A program made the translations under genes and the position numbers. A stretch of 64,000 nucleotides of DNA, from NCBI GenBank assembly GCA_964016885.1, contig OZ024740.1, positions 183,582,001 to 183,646,000 on the forward strand. The letters are read 5' to 3'. This DNA is from Eledone cirrhosa (taxonomy: Eukaryota). Below the pieces are notes generated by a model. It worked only from the letters and a program-made list of their open reading frames with translations. It made no database searches and was not told where the DNA came from. This document shows positions 12,170 through 25,473 of this stretch, piece after piece; within the stretch, counting starts at the first letter, position 1; every line of letters starts with the position of its first letter.

Positions 12170-13700
12170 TAGTGGTCGAAAGAGTTAGCAGTGCGTAAGC
12201 ACGTGGAAAAGTAAGAAAACAGACCGTTAATACATGTTTATTTAAAACAGCACCTGCGTAAGTTTCGCCCGGATAGGCTCCTCAAGGGCATAAATAACGA
12301 AAAAGTGTTCCTTACATGGCCCGGAATGTGTTTGTGGGGGTATGATCATGTCAGAGTTCATTCTTTGCAAAAAAGCGTGTTTTGATTTTGCAGTAGGTGA
12401 AGGGAAGTAACTCTGGCCAGTGTTAGGGCAGTCTTTCCCGGACATATTTTTTATCCGTTATAATATGTGGTTACAACCATTCCATTGTCGATACGCACAG
12501 TGTCAGATAAGCAACGTTTGTTTTGAGACGTTTGTTTTTCTGAACCTGCCCGCCTGGGTCATTTGAAGCTGGGTCTGGGATGCATGGTTAGTTTCCGGAT
12601 GTTTTTTGCAGCGCAAGCTCGCCGGGGTGTTAAAGCTTGTTGCAGAGAGACCCGGTATACTCTTTCACTCCTCATCCTTATCCCATCTGAAGAAGGATAT
12701 TTTTAAGTGATGTGTACAGCGTATCGTCGTTTCAGCTATGCTGTTGCGAGCTCGTGGGGAGCCGTTATGATGTGGTAGAGCTCCATGAGGCAAATATCGC
12801 ACTTCCTCTTGAAGTTGTACGGTGCAGCCCTGCCGACAATATTCCAGTGCGGGGAAAAGCTGATGTTTAAGTCTTTTAACGATGTGATATAGTCCGCGAG
12901 CGAAGTGGAGTGTCTTAATTTTTTATTTTTGAAACAGTGGAGAACTAATTTTGAACGGGCCAGATGTAGCCCCTATATAATGTTTAACAATATTGTGGCT
13001 AGTTACAGTGCACCTATATATAACCCTATCAGATAAGCAGTATCCCCTAAGGGGGCAGCGTCCCCTGTCGAGGTAGTTGCAATTTCGGTCGCGGTCCTTC
13101 TAATTCCCACATTAAGGCTATCATTATTGCTATCTACGTTGTTACCTACTCTGCCGCACCTGGCGTTAGCACCATTAAAACCCACAGTGCGCGGGGTGGT
13201 ACCATTAATATTCCGCACGTCATGTCCTGCATGTTCCCCAGTCACGTTGCGGCTATGTTGGTTGTGTCTGTAGAGGCTGTTGCCAGCACTATTGGATGCT
13301 GTTAGGGAGCCGTTAAGGCCGATATAGTTATTGTCAGGTGTAGGTGCGTCTGTACTAAGGTGTTGTATCTTGGTGATCTTACTGTGATTAGTTGTTCCTA
13401 TGATGTCTGCTAGGTTAGGAGTAGTAGAGAAGGATATTTTTATATTGTTCCTATTAAGGATTTTTCTATACCTATGTTTGGGTGGGAAGTTCTACTCTAA
13501 GGCTTCGAAGAATATCCGGGGTATGTCGGAGGCCACACTCCGAGAGTAAGGGGGATGAACCATAGGTGGCGATTACGTGTCCTTGTACGTTTGCTACGGG
13601 TGCTTCCATCAGGGTAACCGTCCTTGTGCATGTAAATGCGGTGTAGCTCGTTACGTGTCCCTTTCACTTTATGCTCGGGTGCACTCTTCTTCCTTCTGGT
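12170..13700 (-). mobile_element. Decayed 3' part of a PLE related to family A (thumb, linker, GIY-YIG)
   Basis: Manual translation: WFIP.., PPKHRYRKILNRNNIKISFSTTPNL, LYIGA, HSTSLADYITSLKDLN..HWNIVGRAAPYN..KCDICLMELYHI; frameshifted. Confidence 0.78.
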
Positions 13701-13707
13701 ATATTTA

Positions 13708-14264
<557 letters not shown>

Positions 14265-14610
14265 TAACTTTGATAACTTTGATAGGTTTCGGTCAGTATT
14301 GGCCCAGGCCATGTCTAACTTAATAGCACCACCTGGCGAAGTCTTACAGATCAGTGTTTGGGTACCATGGCCCACTCGAGCAGAGAGTTATTGTTTACGG
14401 AGGCATATCCGCGTGTAGGAGGCTTATCTGGGATTTCTTGGAGGAATCTATCCAAAGACTTCTTGAACTTGAGGGGTCTGTCTCTGCTTTGATGTGTCTT
14501 GGTGTAATATTAAAGAGTGCAGGGCCAATTAAGGTGTATTAATTGTGCGAAATGTTGTTATGTGATGCGAGTGAGATTTTTGTCGTGGGTGGATAGCACG
14601 GGGCCCAAAT
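14265..14610 (-). mobile_element. 3' end of CR1/L2-like LINE
   Basis: Manual translation GPALFNITPRHIK / [33 protein letters not shown]; short tandem tail (aaagttatc)x2. Confidence 0.65.
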
Positions 14611-14743
14611 ATGTATATATAAATATATATATTAGAAAGTGACTTTTTTTTTATATTACGTTTATTAAAAAAAAGCCTTCGTGAGCCCCCCCCCCCCGCC
14701 CTTTTTTTAAAGTAAAAAAAAATTCAAACGCACAACACGCACG

Positions 14744-14811
<68 letters not shown>

Positions 14812-15486
14812 TACACACACACACACAAGCATACACATAAACATACATATCTTTACTTTCTTTATTTCAATAGAAAATCTGAATTCTGACACCACAACGA
14901 ACTAACCATATTCACTGAACCAGACCAATTCTCCCATCCCATTTCTCTTGACCATTATCTTTTACTTGTCATAAAATTCTCTAAAAAGGCTACAGAATAG
15001 ATTTCCAAATATGGGTGCGAAATTTAATGAAAACTTGTTCACGTGACAGCCATAATTTCATTTATAACCAATCAAATTACGTTTATTAAAAAAAAACTTC
15101 GTGAGCCCCTTTTTTTAAAGTAAAAATAAATTCAAACACTCATATATGAAAAAAACACCCTGAGCCCCCTCCCCCCTTGTTTGAAAAACTTTGTAACACG
15201 AACAGGTGCGAAATTTATTATAATTATTGACCATCCAATCAAATTACTTCTCTAAATACCGGGCGTTTCGAGCCACTTTTTCCATATAAACAAGTAACAT
15301 TCAAAGTCCAACCAGATGTGAGAAAAACCACAGACTCTCCATCTCAACTCTACTTACGAAAAGCAGAAGAACTGCGAAATCTGTAAAGGAACCAAATAAA
15401 TATATATATTTTTTTTAAAATAAGACTCCAGTTGTATTTTCGATTTCATCTTTTTTTTCTCTCTCTCTCTCTATATATATACATAA

Positions 15487-15522
<36 letters not shown>

Positions 15523-15523
15523 C

Positions 15524-15576
<53 letters not shown>

Positions 15577-15602
15577 ATATATATATATATGTATATATAT
15601 AT

Positions 15603-16042
15603 GCAAAAGTTCTATTTAAATTGTTGGTATACAACAAGCAAATATTATTATAACTGATATAAAGCACTCGACAAATATTTGGAGTAGATATACAATATTA
15701 ATAAATGGAAACTATATTTATTTCATTATATATATTTCAAGGATACCAAGTTAAATCATGGTATGCCTTCATCAGACAAAATACAATATATAACAGTTTT
15801 ACAAATAGATATTGACGTACACTTTCAAAAAGGTGACGTTGCTTTTGGAGGTCATCCGGATAGTGGTTTGTTTACTTTAGTAAGTCATAGTGTTAAGAGT
15901 ACGTCAATATCTATTTGTAAAACTGTTATATATTGTATTTTGTCTGATGAAGGCATGCCATGATTTAACATGGTATCCTTGAAATATATATAATTAAATA
16001 TATATGGTTTTATAAATATAGTTTCCATTTATTAATATTGTA
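15603..16042. mobile_element. Fold-back HHR element, family D (HHR - strand 15719-15783, + strand 15936-16000)
   Basis: Inverted arms around a ~70-bp spacer; tattttgt ctgatga agg.atgccatg...catggtat.cct t gaaa tatata ta; (TA)n flanks. Confidence 0.85.
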
Positions 16043-16091
16043 TGTATATATATATATATATATATATATCCCATATATATATATATATATG

Positions 16092-16205
<114 letters not shown>

Positions 16206-16553
16206 CATATATATGTATATATATATACATATATATATATATACATATATATATAAATATAAAAACAAATAACGAAACGAAATTAAATTTCGTTTCGCTT
16301 CTAACTCACTTTTGTATGACTGACGCTTAAACAATTAAGTTAAAGTGTACATCTACATATGTATACGGAAGTACTAGTATGCATATAAATACACACATGT
16401 ATACATATGTACATGTACCGAGTTTTTCACTAGATACTTTACAGTGAGTGTCCAGCTAGTCTGTATGTAAACAAACAGACGAACCGGGTTTTAAAGTCAT
16501 ACGAGTTTTCAAGGAAACACACTTCCTCTATTCTCCAGAGAGCCAGACAGGAA

Positions 16554-16594
16554 TATTGGACTAGTTTCGATGTTATTACATCTCATCAGCAATA
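16554..16594 (-). ncRNA. Minimal type I hammerhead, monomer E1 (GUC)
   Basis: UAUUG-CUGAUGA-GAUGU aaua ACAUC-GAAAC ua GUC-CAAUA. Confidence 0.9.
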
Positions 16595-16905
16595 ATAACC
16601 TATCTTCCGGCTTCTCTGGAGAATTGTAAAAGCACATATCGTTATATGCTTTTTCTATGAAAATCAGTAGTGGGCAGACTAATTTGCATAGAACGTGAGT
16701 CATTGTACGCGCCGGTTCAGCGGAAACGATAAAAACAAATAACGAAACGAAATTAAATTTCGTTTCGCTTCTAACTCACTTTTGTATGACTGACGCTTAT
16801 TATAACGCCCGCTTTGTCCTTTTGTAAACAAACTGAACAGACTGAATTTATGCCGTACGATGTTAAGGCAACCACGTCACCTTTTTGTTCAACACTGACA
16901 CAGGA

Positions 16906-16948
16906 ACGATGTACTAGTTTCAAGCTTGTTAGCTATCATCAGCACCGT
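16906..16948 (-). ncRNA. Minimal type I hammerhead, monomer E2 (GUA); + strand copy at 17247-17289 has C3U
   Basis: ACGGUG-CUGAUGA-uAGC uaacaa GCUu-GAAAC ua GUA-CAUCGU. Confidence 0.88.
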
Positions 16949-17457
16949 ATACCCTTCTGCCAGATGGTTGAAAGTTCGAAAGTATATACTGTCCTTATGA
17001 AAATTAACGGCTGAACAGCCTAATTCACATATCGGGTGAGTTCAGTCGGCCAGGCGCACCGAAAACGATAAGTTGTAATAAAATGAAAACGAAATTTCAT
17101 TTCTCACTCTTAGTATGGCACTTACTTAAATGTAAGTATGTATGTACACGTACATACATATATGTATACAGACGTACAGTAGCATGCATATATATATATA
17201 TACATATATATACATTCGAACGTTCAACCATCTGGCAGAAGGGTATACGGTGTTGATGATAGCTAACAAGCTTGAAACTAGTACATCGTTCCTGTGTCAG
17301 TGTTGAACAAAAAGGTGACGTGGTTGCCTTAACACCGTACGGCATAAATTCAGGCTGTTCAGTTTGTTTACAAAAGGACAAAGCGGGCGTTATAATAAGC
17401 GTCTGCTAAACTGATACGTACATATATGTATGTGTACCTGTTGTACCTGTATGTATA

Positions 17458-17497
<40 letters not shown>

Positions 17498-17659
17498 TGC
17501 TACTGTACGTCTGTATACATATATGTATGTACGTGTACATACATACTTACATTTAAGTAAGTGCCGTACTAAGAGTGAGAAATGAAATTTCGTTTTCATT
17601 TTATTACAACTTATATATATATATATTTATATATATATATATTTATTTATATATATTTT

Positions 17660-18125
17660 TATACTTGGGGAGGGTCATATTTGTGTAATAGTATTGCTAG
17701 AATTAATAACAGAACACACTCACTGTTTGGTTGGTTTTCGCTTCTGTGTCTTTTAGATCGGTTCATTTAATTTATTGAGTCGTCAATTTTGCCATTGACT
17801 GACCAATGGCCAAAAATACAGATACTATATAGACACAAATAGATATATATAGTCTATCAAAGTTCTTTCGTAGCACATCTGCAACATCGTCAGTGGCGCT
17901 ATTATGTTTCCTCCCATTGCATTGTATGCTTACGCCATCTTCATTTAGTCTGTTTATTTATATATTTATTTGTTTATTTATTTGTCTTCTATCTTAGTTT
18001 ACTAGTGTGTGTTTATATGTGTTTGTATTTATTGTGCTTGTGTATGTATATTTATTTATTCATTTATTCATACTTCATTTAGGTCAGTGTTGTTTGTTTG
18101 GGTGTTGTTGTTATTCCATTTATGT
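17660..18125 (-). mobile_element. Diverged PLE-B-like 3' UTR/pLTR remnant with degenerate HHR (17857-17896)
   Basis: atactt.gggagggtcat, agttctttcgt and tacgccatc motifs shared with PLE-B; minus strand CUGACGA...GAAAG aa CUU. Confidence 0.6.
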
Positions 18126-18155
18126 TTATATATATATATATATGTATTTAAATAC

Positions 18156-18191
<36 letters not shown>

Positions 18192-18196
<5 letters not shown>

Positions 18197-18650
18197 ATTA
18201 AATAAATGGAAAACTATATTTATAAAACCATATTTATTTCATTATATATATTTCGGGGATATCATATTAACAATATGCTATGCCTTCATCAGACAAAATA
18301 CAATATAAACAGTTTTATAGATAAATAGATTCGACATACCGTTATAACACCGACTTCATTTGAAGAGGTTTAAGCTGGCAGTTAAACCTCTTCAAATGAA
18401 GTCGGTGTTATAACGGTATGTCGAATCTATTTATCTATAAAACTGTTTATATTGTATTTTGTCTGATGAAGGCATAGCATATTATTAATATGATATACCC
18501 GAAATATATATAATGAAATAAATATGGTTTTATAAATATAGTTTTCCATTTATTTAATATTGTAAATATACTCCAAATATTTGTCGAGTGCTTTTATATC
18601 AGTTATAAATATTTACTAGTTGTACCCAACAATTTTAAATATAACATTCC
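18192..18650. mobile_element. Fold-back HHR element, family D (HHR - strand 18235-18300, + strand 18455-18520)
   Basis: Near-perfect ~180-bp arms around gctggcag at ~18374-18380; right arm extends ~85 bp further. Confidence 0.88.
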
Positions 18651-18722
18651 ATGTATATATATATATATATATATTTATTTATATATTTATTTATATATAT
18701 ATATATATATTTATTTAAATAC

Positions 18723-18833
<111 letters not shown>

Positions 18834-18904
18834 TTATTTATATATAAAGATATATATATTTATATATATATATATATTTATTTATTTATATATAAATATT
18901 TATT

Positions 18905-18953
<49 letters not shown>

Positions 18954-18996
18954 TTATATATATATATATATATTTATTTATATATATATATTTATA

Positions 18997-19069
<73 letters not shown>

Positions 19070-20774
19070 ATTTATTTATATATATTTATATATATATGTT
19101 TATATATATTATATATATATTTAGTTATATATATATATATATTTATTTATATATATATACACATATTTATTCATATATATATATTTATATATATATATAT
19201 ATATCGTTTCTGAATTTGTTTAGCAGGATTCTTTATCTGAAATTGTGTGTTGAAACCTATATTGTTATACTTTGGGAGGGTCATGTTGCCAATAAGAAAC
19301 ACACGCACCAGTTGCTTTCACTTCAATTTATTATAATAAATTTATAATAAATTTATAAATTTATAAATTTCTGGTTGGTTGGTTGGTTCTACAACCAGAT
19401 AGTTGTTTATATATAGTCATAGTTCTTTCCTCACACACTCTGTGACCTCTTCAGTGACTGGGGATACCTTTCTTTGTTTCTGTGCCTCTCCTTTGTTCTG
19501 TCCTACGCCATTTTGTTTCTGTGTGTGTGTTGTGTGCTCAGTCTGGGCATGCGCCACATCCAGGTGTCTGTGTGTGTTTATGTTCATTTACTTATTTGTT
19601 TATTTACATGTTACTGGTTGGTTGTTTGTTCTATGTGTGTGTGTGTTTTCATTTTGTCCTTAATTGTAAGTTGTGATGTTGCTGTTCCACTCATATTTTC
19701 TATTTAATTTTGGTTGTAATTCTTTTATGTTTATTGCCTCTGTAATTTGTCTAAACATTGCGTATTTTCTGTGTGTAGATTCTATTTTTATTTCTATGTT
19801 CTCTAATTTACCCTTATGTTCTATTTTAGCATGTTGGTAGAGTACAGATGATTATTTATTATCTTGAAGGTCTGGCCAGTGTTCATTTATCCGTTCCCCT
19901 ACACTACGAGCTGTCTCACCTATGTACACTATATTTTTGTCTCTACATTGTCCTTCAGTACATCTTATGCTATACACTAGATTTCTAGTTTTACAGTTAA
20001 TATGGGGGCTAATTTTACAGGTTATACATTTCTTATCTATACATGAGGTTCTTTGAAAAGGGTATTCTTGCTAATAAGTGTGTTTACGGAGGTACCTGGT
20101 CTTTCTACTGTCTTAATATTGAGTTTACGTTTATTTAGGGCCCTTCTAAATTTGTAAGCTCATTCACCTCTAGGGGTTGTATCGATGAACATTACACTCT
20201 GGTATTTATTGCTATCATACCATGAGTTTATTCTATTAGCCTTGTTCCTAGTTCTTTCTATTCTATTCCACAATTTGCTCCTATACAAGGGGCAGGTCCC
20301 ATTTATGTCATTATTTACCATTTTTTCCCATTTGGTTCTGGCTCCTCTATACACTCTGATTTTATCTCTCTGATTGTAGCCAGAGAACTGCATACGGTGG
20401 ATGAAGTGTTGTATGTGTCTCTCTAGTTCTTCGGGTTGCACATGCGGGAAACATTTCTCATCACCCGTACCAAATCCGCAATCAGTATGTTGATTTTGGT
20501 ATGGTCCGAAACGGCCGAGTTTCGGTGGATCAGATGTTTGGAAGTCATGGGTTTGGCATAATGGGAATGGAGGATTTGTTTTTGTTGTTAATGGTATCTA
20601 ACCAGAGCTCTGTGTCTAGTACAGGTAATCGATGGTTGGGGTGTTTACTTGGGTAGTCTATAGTAACTCTAATGCTCTGGTTGTGGAACCAACCAACCAA
20701 CCAACCAACCAGAAATTTATAAATTTATAAATTTATTATAATTTTATTATAATAAATTGAAGTGAAAGCAACTG

Positions 20775-23700
20775 GTGCGTGTGTTTCTTATTGGCAACCT
20801 GACCCTCCCAAAGTATAACAATATCGGTTTCAACACACGATTTCAGATAAAGAATCTTGCTAAACAAATTCAGAAACGAAATATGTTCTGTTGTCTACGA
20901 AAAACCATAACATCTCGACAATTACACTTCATAAAAGAATGTGCCTCATCCCGAGTTTACACCAACACCATCAACACCGACGTTACAAGATTACAACTCA
21001 CCAAAAAACAAGCAGATAGGCTAAAACGAACATTAATTCTAAACATAAAAAAGATCTATAGAGAATTAAGTCATCAAGAAAAACATAAGCGTAACCTAAT
21101 ACAAGAAATAGCTAGGATCACTACACCAAGAGAGAAACTAATATTCATAAGCCTTATACGCCCTGAAGAACAGTACATTACTCAAGAATGTGATAAGCAC
21201 TTTAACAAGAAACTAAAGTGGCTTAAGCAGATAAAGCTAAATCAGGATACTATAGAGAATACCAATAGATATCCCGACAAAATTGACGGTATAAATATGG
21301 CCGACACCTCATTAACAGAAGAGTTCAACAACAACAACAACACAAATATATACGGTAACACAAGAATAGATGACGATGAGATGTCTGTGTTATGTTTACC
21401 TCCGAAATTTGCGACATTCAAGAAGGTAAATATGATTAGTTGTCTGTCAGAAATAGATAAATCATTTACAAAACTACGCTGGAGCCTCAAAAACAAAAAC
21501 AAAAGCAACAATATACGCACACACATCCCAACAACAACAGACACACAGACACAAACAACAATAACAACAACACACACACCAACAACAACAACAATAACAA
21601 CATACCCAGAAACAACAACAGACACGCAGACACAAACAACAATAACAACACACACAACAACAATAACACACACGGAGACAACAACAACACACATCAACAA
21701 CAGAACACACACATTCAATGCCTCTCACCACCACCACAATCTTAACAAACACACAGAGACAGAAAACAAGTAATGACAGTAGCACAGAAATCCCAGATAT
21801 AAGGGAAATTAATAGGATTAAAAAGAGAAGGGAGACTAAGGACAAAGAGAATAACCAAGACGAACACACAGACACACAAAATAGGGTAGATAACAACAAT
21901 GAGCCAGTGGAAAGAGACAGGAGTAATTGTGAGAGACATAGAAACAACCATGAGGCTGTTGGTGGAAATAGAAATAGAAACAACACAACTAACAATAACA
22001 ATAGCACTAGTACACATAAAGCAGCAGCCTGGAACTCTACGTTTTATAATCCCTCCGATAAATCATTCGACCTGCGACGAGTCCACGCCACGACATTACC
22101 ATTTAACAAACGCACGCAATTGCCGTTGCAGGTCGATGAACAAACAGAAGCACAATTTAGTATAGCTAGATCCGAAATTAGAAATATTATAGAACAGTAT
22201 AGCAAGAAGCATAATAGAATGGAGGCCCAGCAACTGGGAGACAAATCTGCAAATGGCTTGCGTAAGCTCATGCAGCGCTCGCGTAATTGAGAGATAGCAT
22301 GCTTTCCAAAAGACAAGTCTGGCAGAATGTCGGTTGACAGCCTGCCAAACTACATTCAGGCAATGCAACCCCACATCACTAACACAAGAGAGGTAACACC
22401 ACAGGAGCATGAGGATTGAGAAAAAGCCCTCAAGCCCATATGGTGATGTGGACGAATATAATGCAGCCCAACAAAAGGACTGCCAACAACTTCCAGGCCT
22501 GGAACAATGACGTGCCGGCGTTGTATGGGCTTCGAAAAGACTATAAAACGGACTGTGACCCTGTCGCGGGACCACCAACACGGTCAGTCTGCGGAGCTAA
22601 CATTGCTAGTAACTACAGACTGTCCTACTTCCTCTCCCTGATCATACGCCCCATCATTAAAATGTCACCAGATGTATGTGACAGCACGGAGGATCTCCTC
22701 AGAAGTATCGGCGTGGGTAACCGATCTGGGGACCTAAAAAACTGCATAATAGGCAGTATCGATGTTGTGTCCCTATATCCATCTATTGACGTGGATTTTG
22801 CTGTGGAGAAATGCGTAGAAATGATCAGTGAGAGCAAGGTTGCGTTCCGTGGGATTGATACCAGTGAGCTGGGACTCCTACTTAAGCTTATCTATTGTAA
22901 TAATTACCTAGACACATATGATCTTAGCAACCTGTGCCCTACAAGACCAGCAAGAGGCAGACCACCTACCATTACCTCAATGGCCAATAAAACCCACACA
23001 GATAGATGGAACGGGTGGACCAGAGCCATACGGACACCCGAAAACCACGATGAACTGAAGAAAATGATTGCACATGCGGTAGGGGCCAGCATAAAACTAA
23101 CCCTTAAGGAACATATGTTCAAATTTAATGGAAAAACATATGCCCAAGAGGAAGGAGCAGCCATTGGTGTTAGCATTGCAGGCGACATAGCTAACTTATT
23201 CATGGTATGGTGGGACAGTAGAGTTAAACTTAAACTTAAAGAACAATTAGAATACCCCTTAACTACGTACTCCCGCTACGTAGATGATATAAACATCGTA
23301 GTTAAGACACCCCCACTAGAGAACAGTCAGGAACTAGAGAAAAACACAATGGAAAGCATCCAGCAAATAGCAAACTCCATCCAACAGAGAATTAGAGTTA
23401 CTATAGACTACCCATGTAAACACCCTAACCATCGATTACCTGTACTAGACACAGAGCTCTGGTTAGATACCATTAACAACAAAAAACAAATCCTCCATTC
23501 CCATTATGCCAAACCCATGACTTCCAAACATCTGATCCACCGAAACTCGGCCGTTTCGGACCATACCATAATCAACATACTGATTGCGGATTTGGTACGG
23601 GTGATGAGAAATGTGTCCCGCATGTGCAACCCCGAAGAACTAGAGAGACACATACAACACTTCATCCACCGTATGCAGTTCTCTGACTACAATCAGAGAG

Positions 23701-24406
23701 ATAAAATCAGAGTGTATAGAGGAGCCAGAACCAAATGGGAAAAAATGGTAAATAATGACATAAATGGGACCTGCCCCTTGTATAGGAGCAAATTGTGGAA
23801 TAGAATAGAAAGAATTAGGAACAAGGCTAATAGAATAAACTCATGGTATGATAGCAATAAATACCAGAGTGTAATGTTCATCGATACAACCCCTAGAGGT
23901 GAATTAGCTTACAAAGTTAGAAGGGCCCTAAATAAACATAAACTCAATATTAAGATAGTAGAAAGACCAGGTACCTCCGTAAAAACACTTATTAGCAAGA
24001 CATACCCTTTTCAAAGACCCTCATGTATAGATAAGAAATGTATAACCTGTAAAATAAGCCCCATATTAACTGTAAAACTAGAAATGTAGTGTATAGCATA
24101 AGATGTACTGAAGGACAATGTAGAGACAAAAATATAGTGTACATAGGTGAGACAGCTCGTAGTGTAGGGGAACGGATAAATGAACACTGGCGAGACCTTC
24201 AAGATAATAAATAATCATCTGTACTCTACCAACATGCTAAAATAGAACATAAGGGTAAATTAGAGAACATAGAAATAAAAATAGAATCTACACACAGAAA
24301 ATACGCAATGTTTAGACAAATTACAGAGGCCATAAACATAAAAGAATTACAACCAAAATTAAATAGAAAATATGAGTGGAACAGCAACATCACAACTTAC
24401 AATTAA
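20775..24406 (+). pseudogene. Disrupted PLE-B ORF: N-terminal region, RT, GIY-YIG endonuclease
   Basis: ORFs 20775-21773, 21718-22290 and 22416-24089 (SIDVVSLYPSI, GAAIGVSIAGDIANLFM, YSRYVDD, LPVLD). After a frameshift: [41 protein letters not shown]. Confidence 0.92.
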
Positions 24407-24605
24407 GGACAAAATGAAAACACACACACACATAGAACAAACAACCAACCAGTAACATGTAAATAAACAAATAAATAAATGAACATAAACACACACAGAC
24501 ACCCGGATGTGGCGCATGCGCAGACTGAGCACACAACACACACACAGAAACAAAATGGCGTAGGACAGAACAAAGGAGAGGCACAGAAACAAAGAAAGGA
24601 ATCCC

Positions 24606-24650
24606 AGTCACTGAAGAGGTCACAGAGTGTGTGACGAAAGAACTATGACT
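24606..24650 (+). ncRNA. Type I hammerhead, family B (copies on - strand at 7941-7985 and 19415-19459; degenerate at ~61141-61184)
   Basis: agtca ctgaaga g gtcac agagtgt gtgac gaaag aa cta tgact. Confidence 0.85.
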
Positions 24651-24838
24651 ATATATAAACAACTATCTGGTTGTGGAACCAACCAACCAACCAGAAATTT
24701 ATAAATTTATAAATTTATTATAAATTTATTATAATAAATTGAAGTGAAACTCCTGGTGCGTGTGTTTCTTATTGGCAACATGACCCTCCCAAAGTATAAC
24801 AATATATATATATATTTATTTATATATATATATATATA

Positions 24839-25344
<506 letters not shown>

Positions 25345-25384
25345 ATATATTTATTTATATATATTTATATATATATATATATAT

Positions 25385-25416
<32 letters not shown>

Positions 25417-25473
25417 TTAGTTATCTATATATATATTTAGTTCTATATATATATATATATATTTAGTTATATA

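Larger units (their letters stand above)
16258..17614. mobile_element. Composite non-coding HHR element, family E: two diverged monomers plus an inverted arm
   Basis: Direct repeat 16260-16329 / 16731-16799; 16792-16985 inverted at 17216-17404; 17068-17200 inverted at 17480-17613; three HHRs. Confidence 0.85.
19205..24803 (+). mobile_element. Near full-length PLE family B with inverted 1.47-kb 3' duplicate at its 5' end
   Basis: 19205-20678 is the reverse complement of the 3' part (from ~23385); 20676-20822 is directly repeated at 24666-24803 (pLTR); (TA)n flanks. Confidence 0.93.

Noticed and set aside
12245-12292. HHR-like uUGAGGA-GCC..GGC-GAAAC in the 3' UTR of the decayed PLE
   Set aside because: C3 is changed, the triplet would be GUG, and no stem I was found; at best a dead remnant.
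21242-22017. Val/Leu/Cys-rich minus-strand ORFs
   Set aside because: Antisense shadow of the low-complexity Thr/Asn-rich PLE-B N-terminus.
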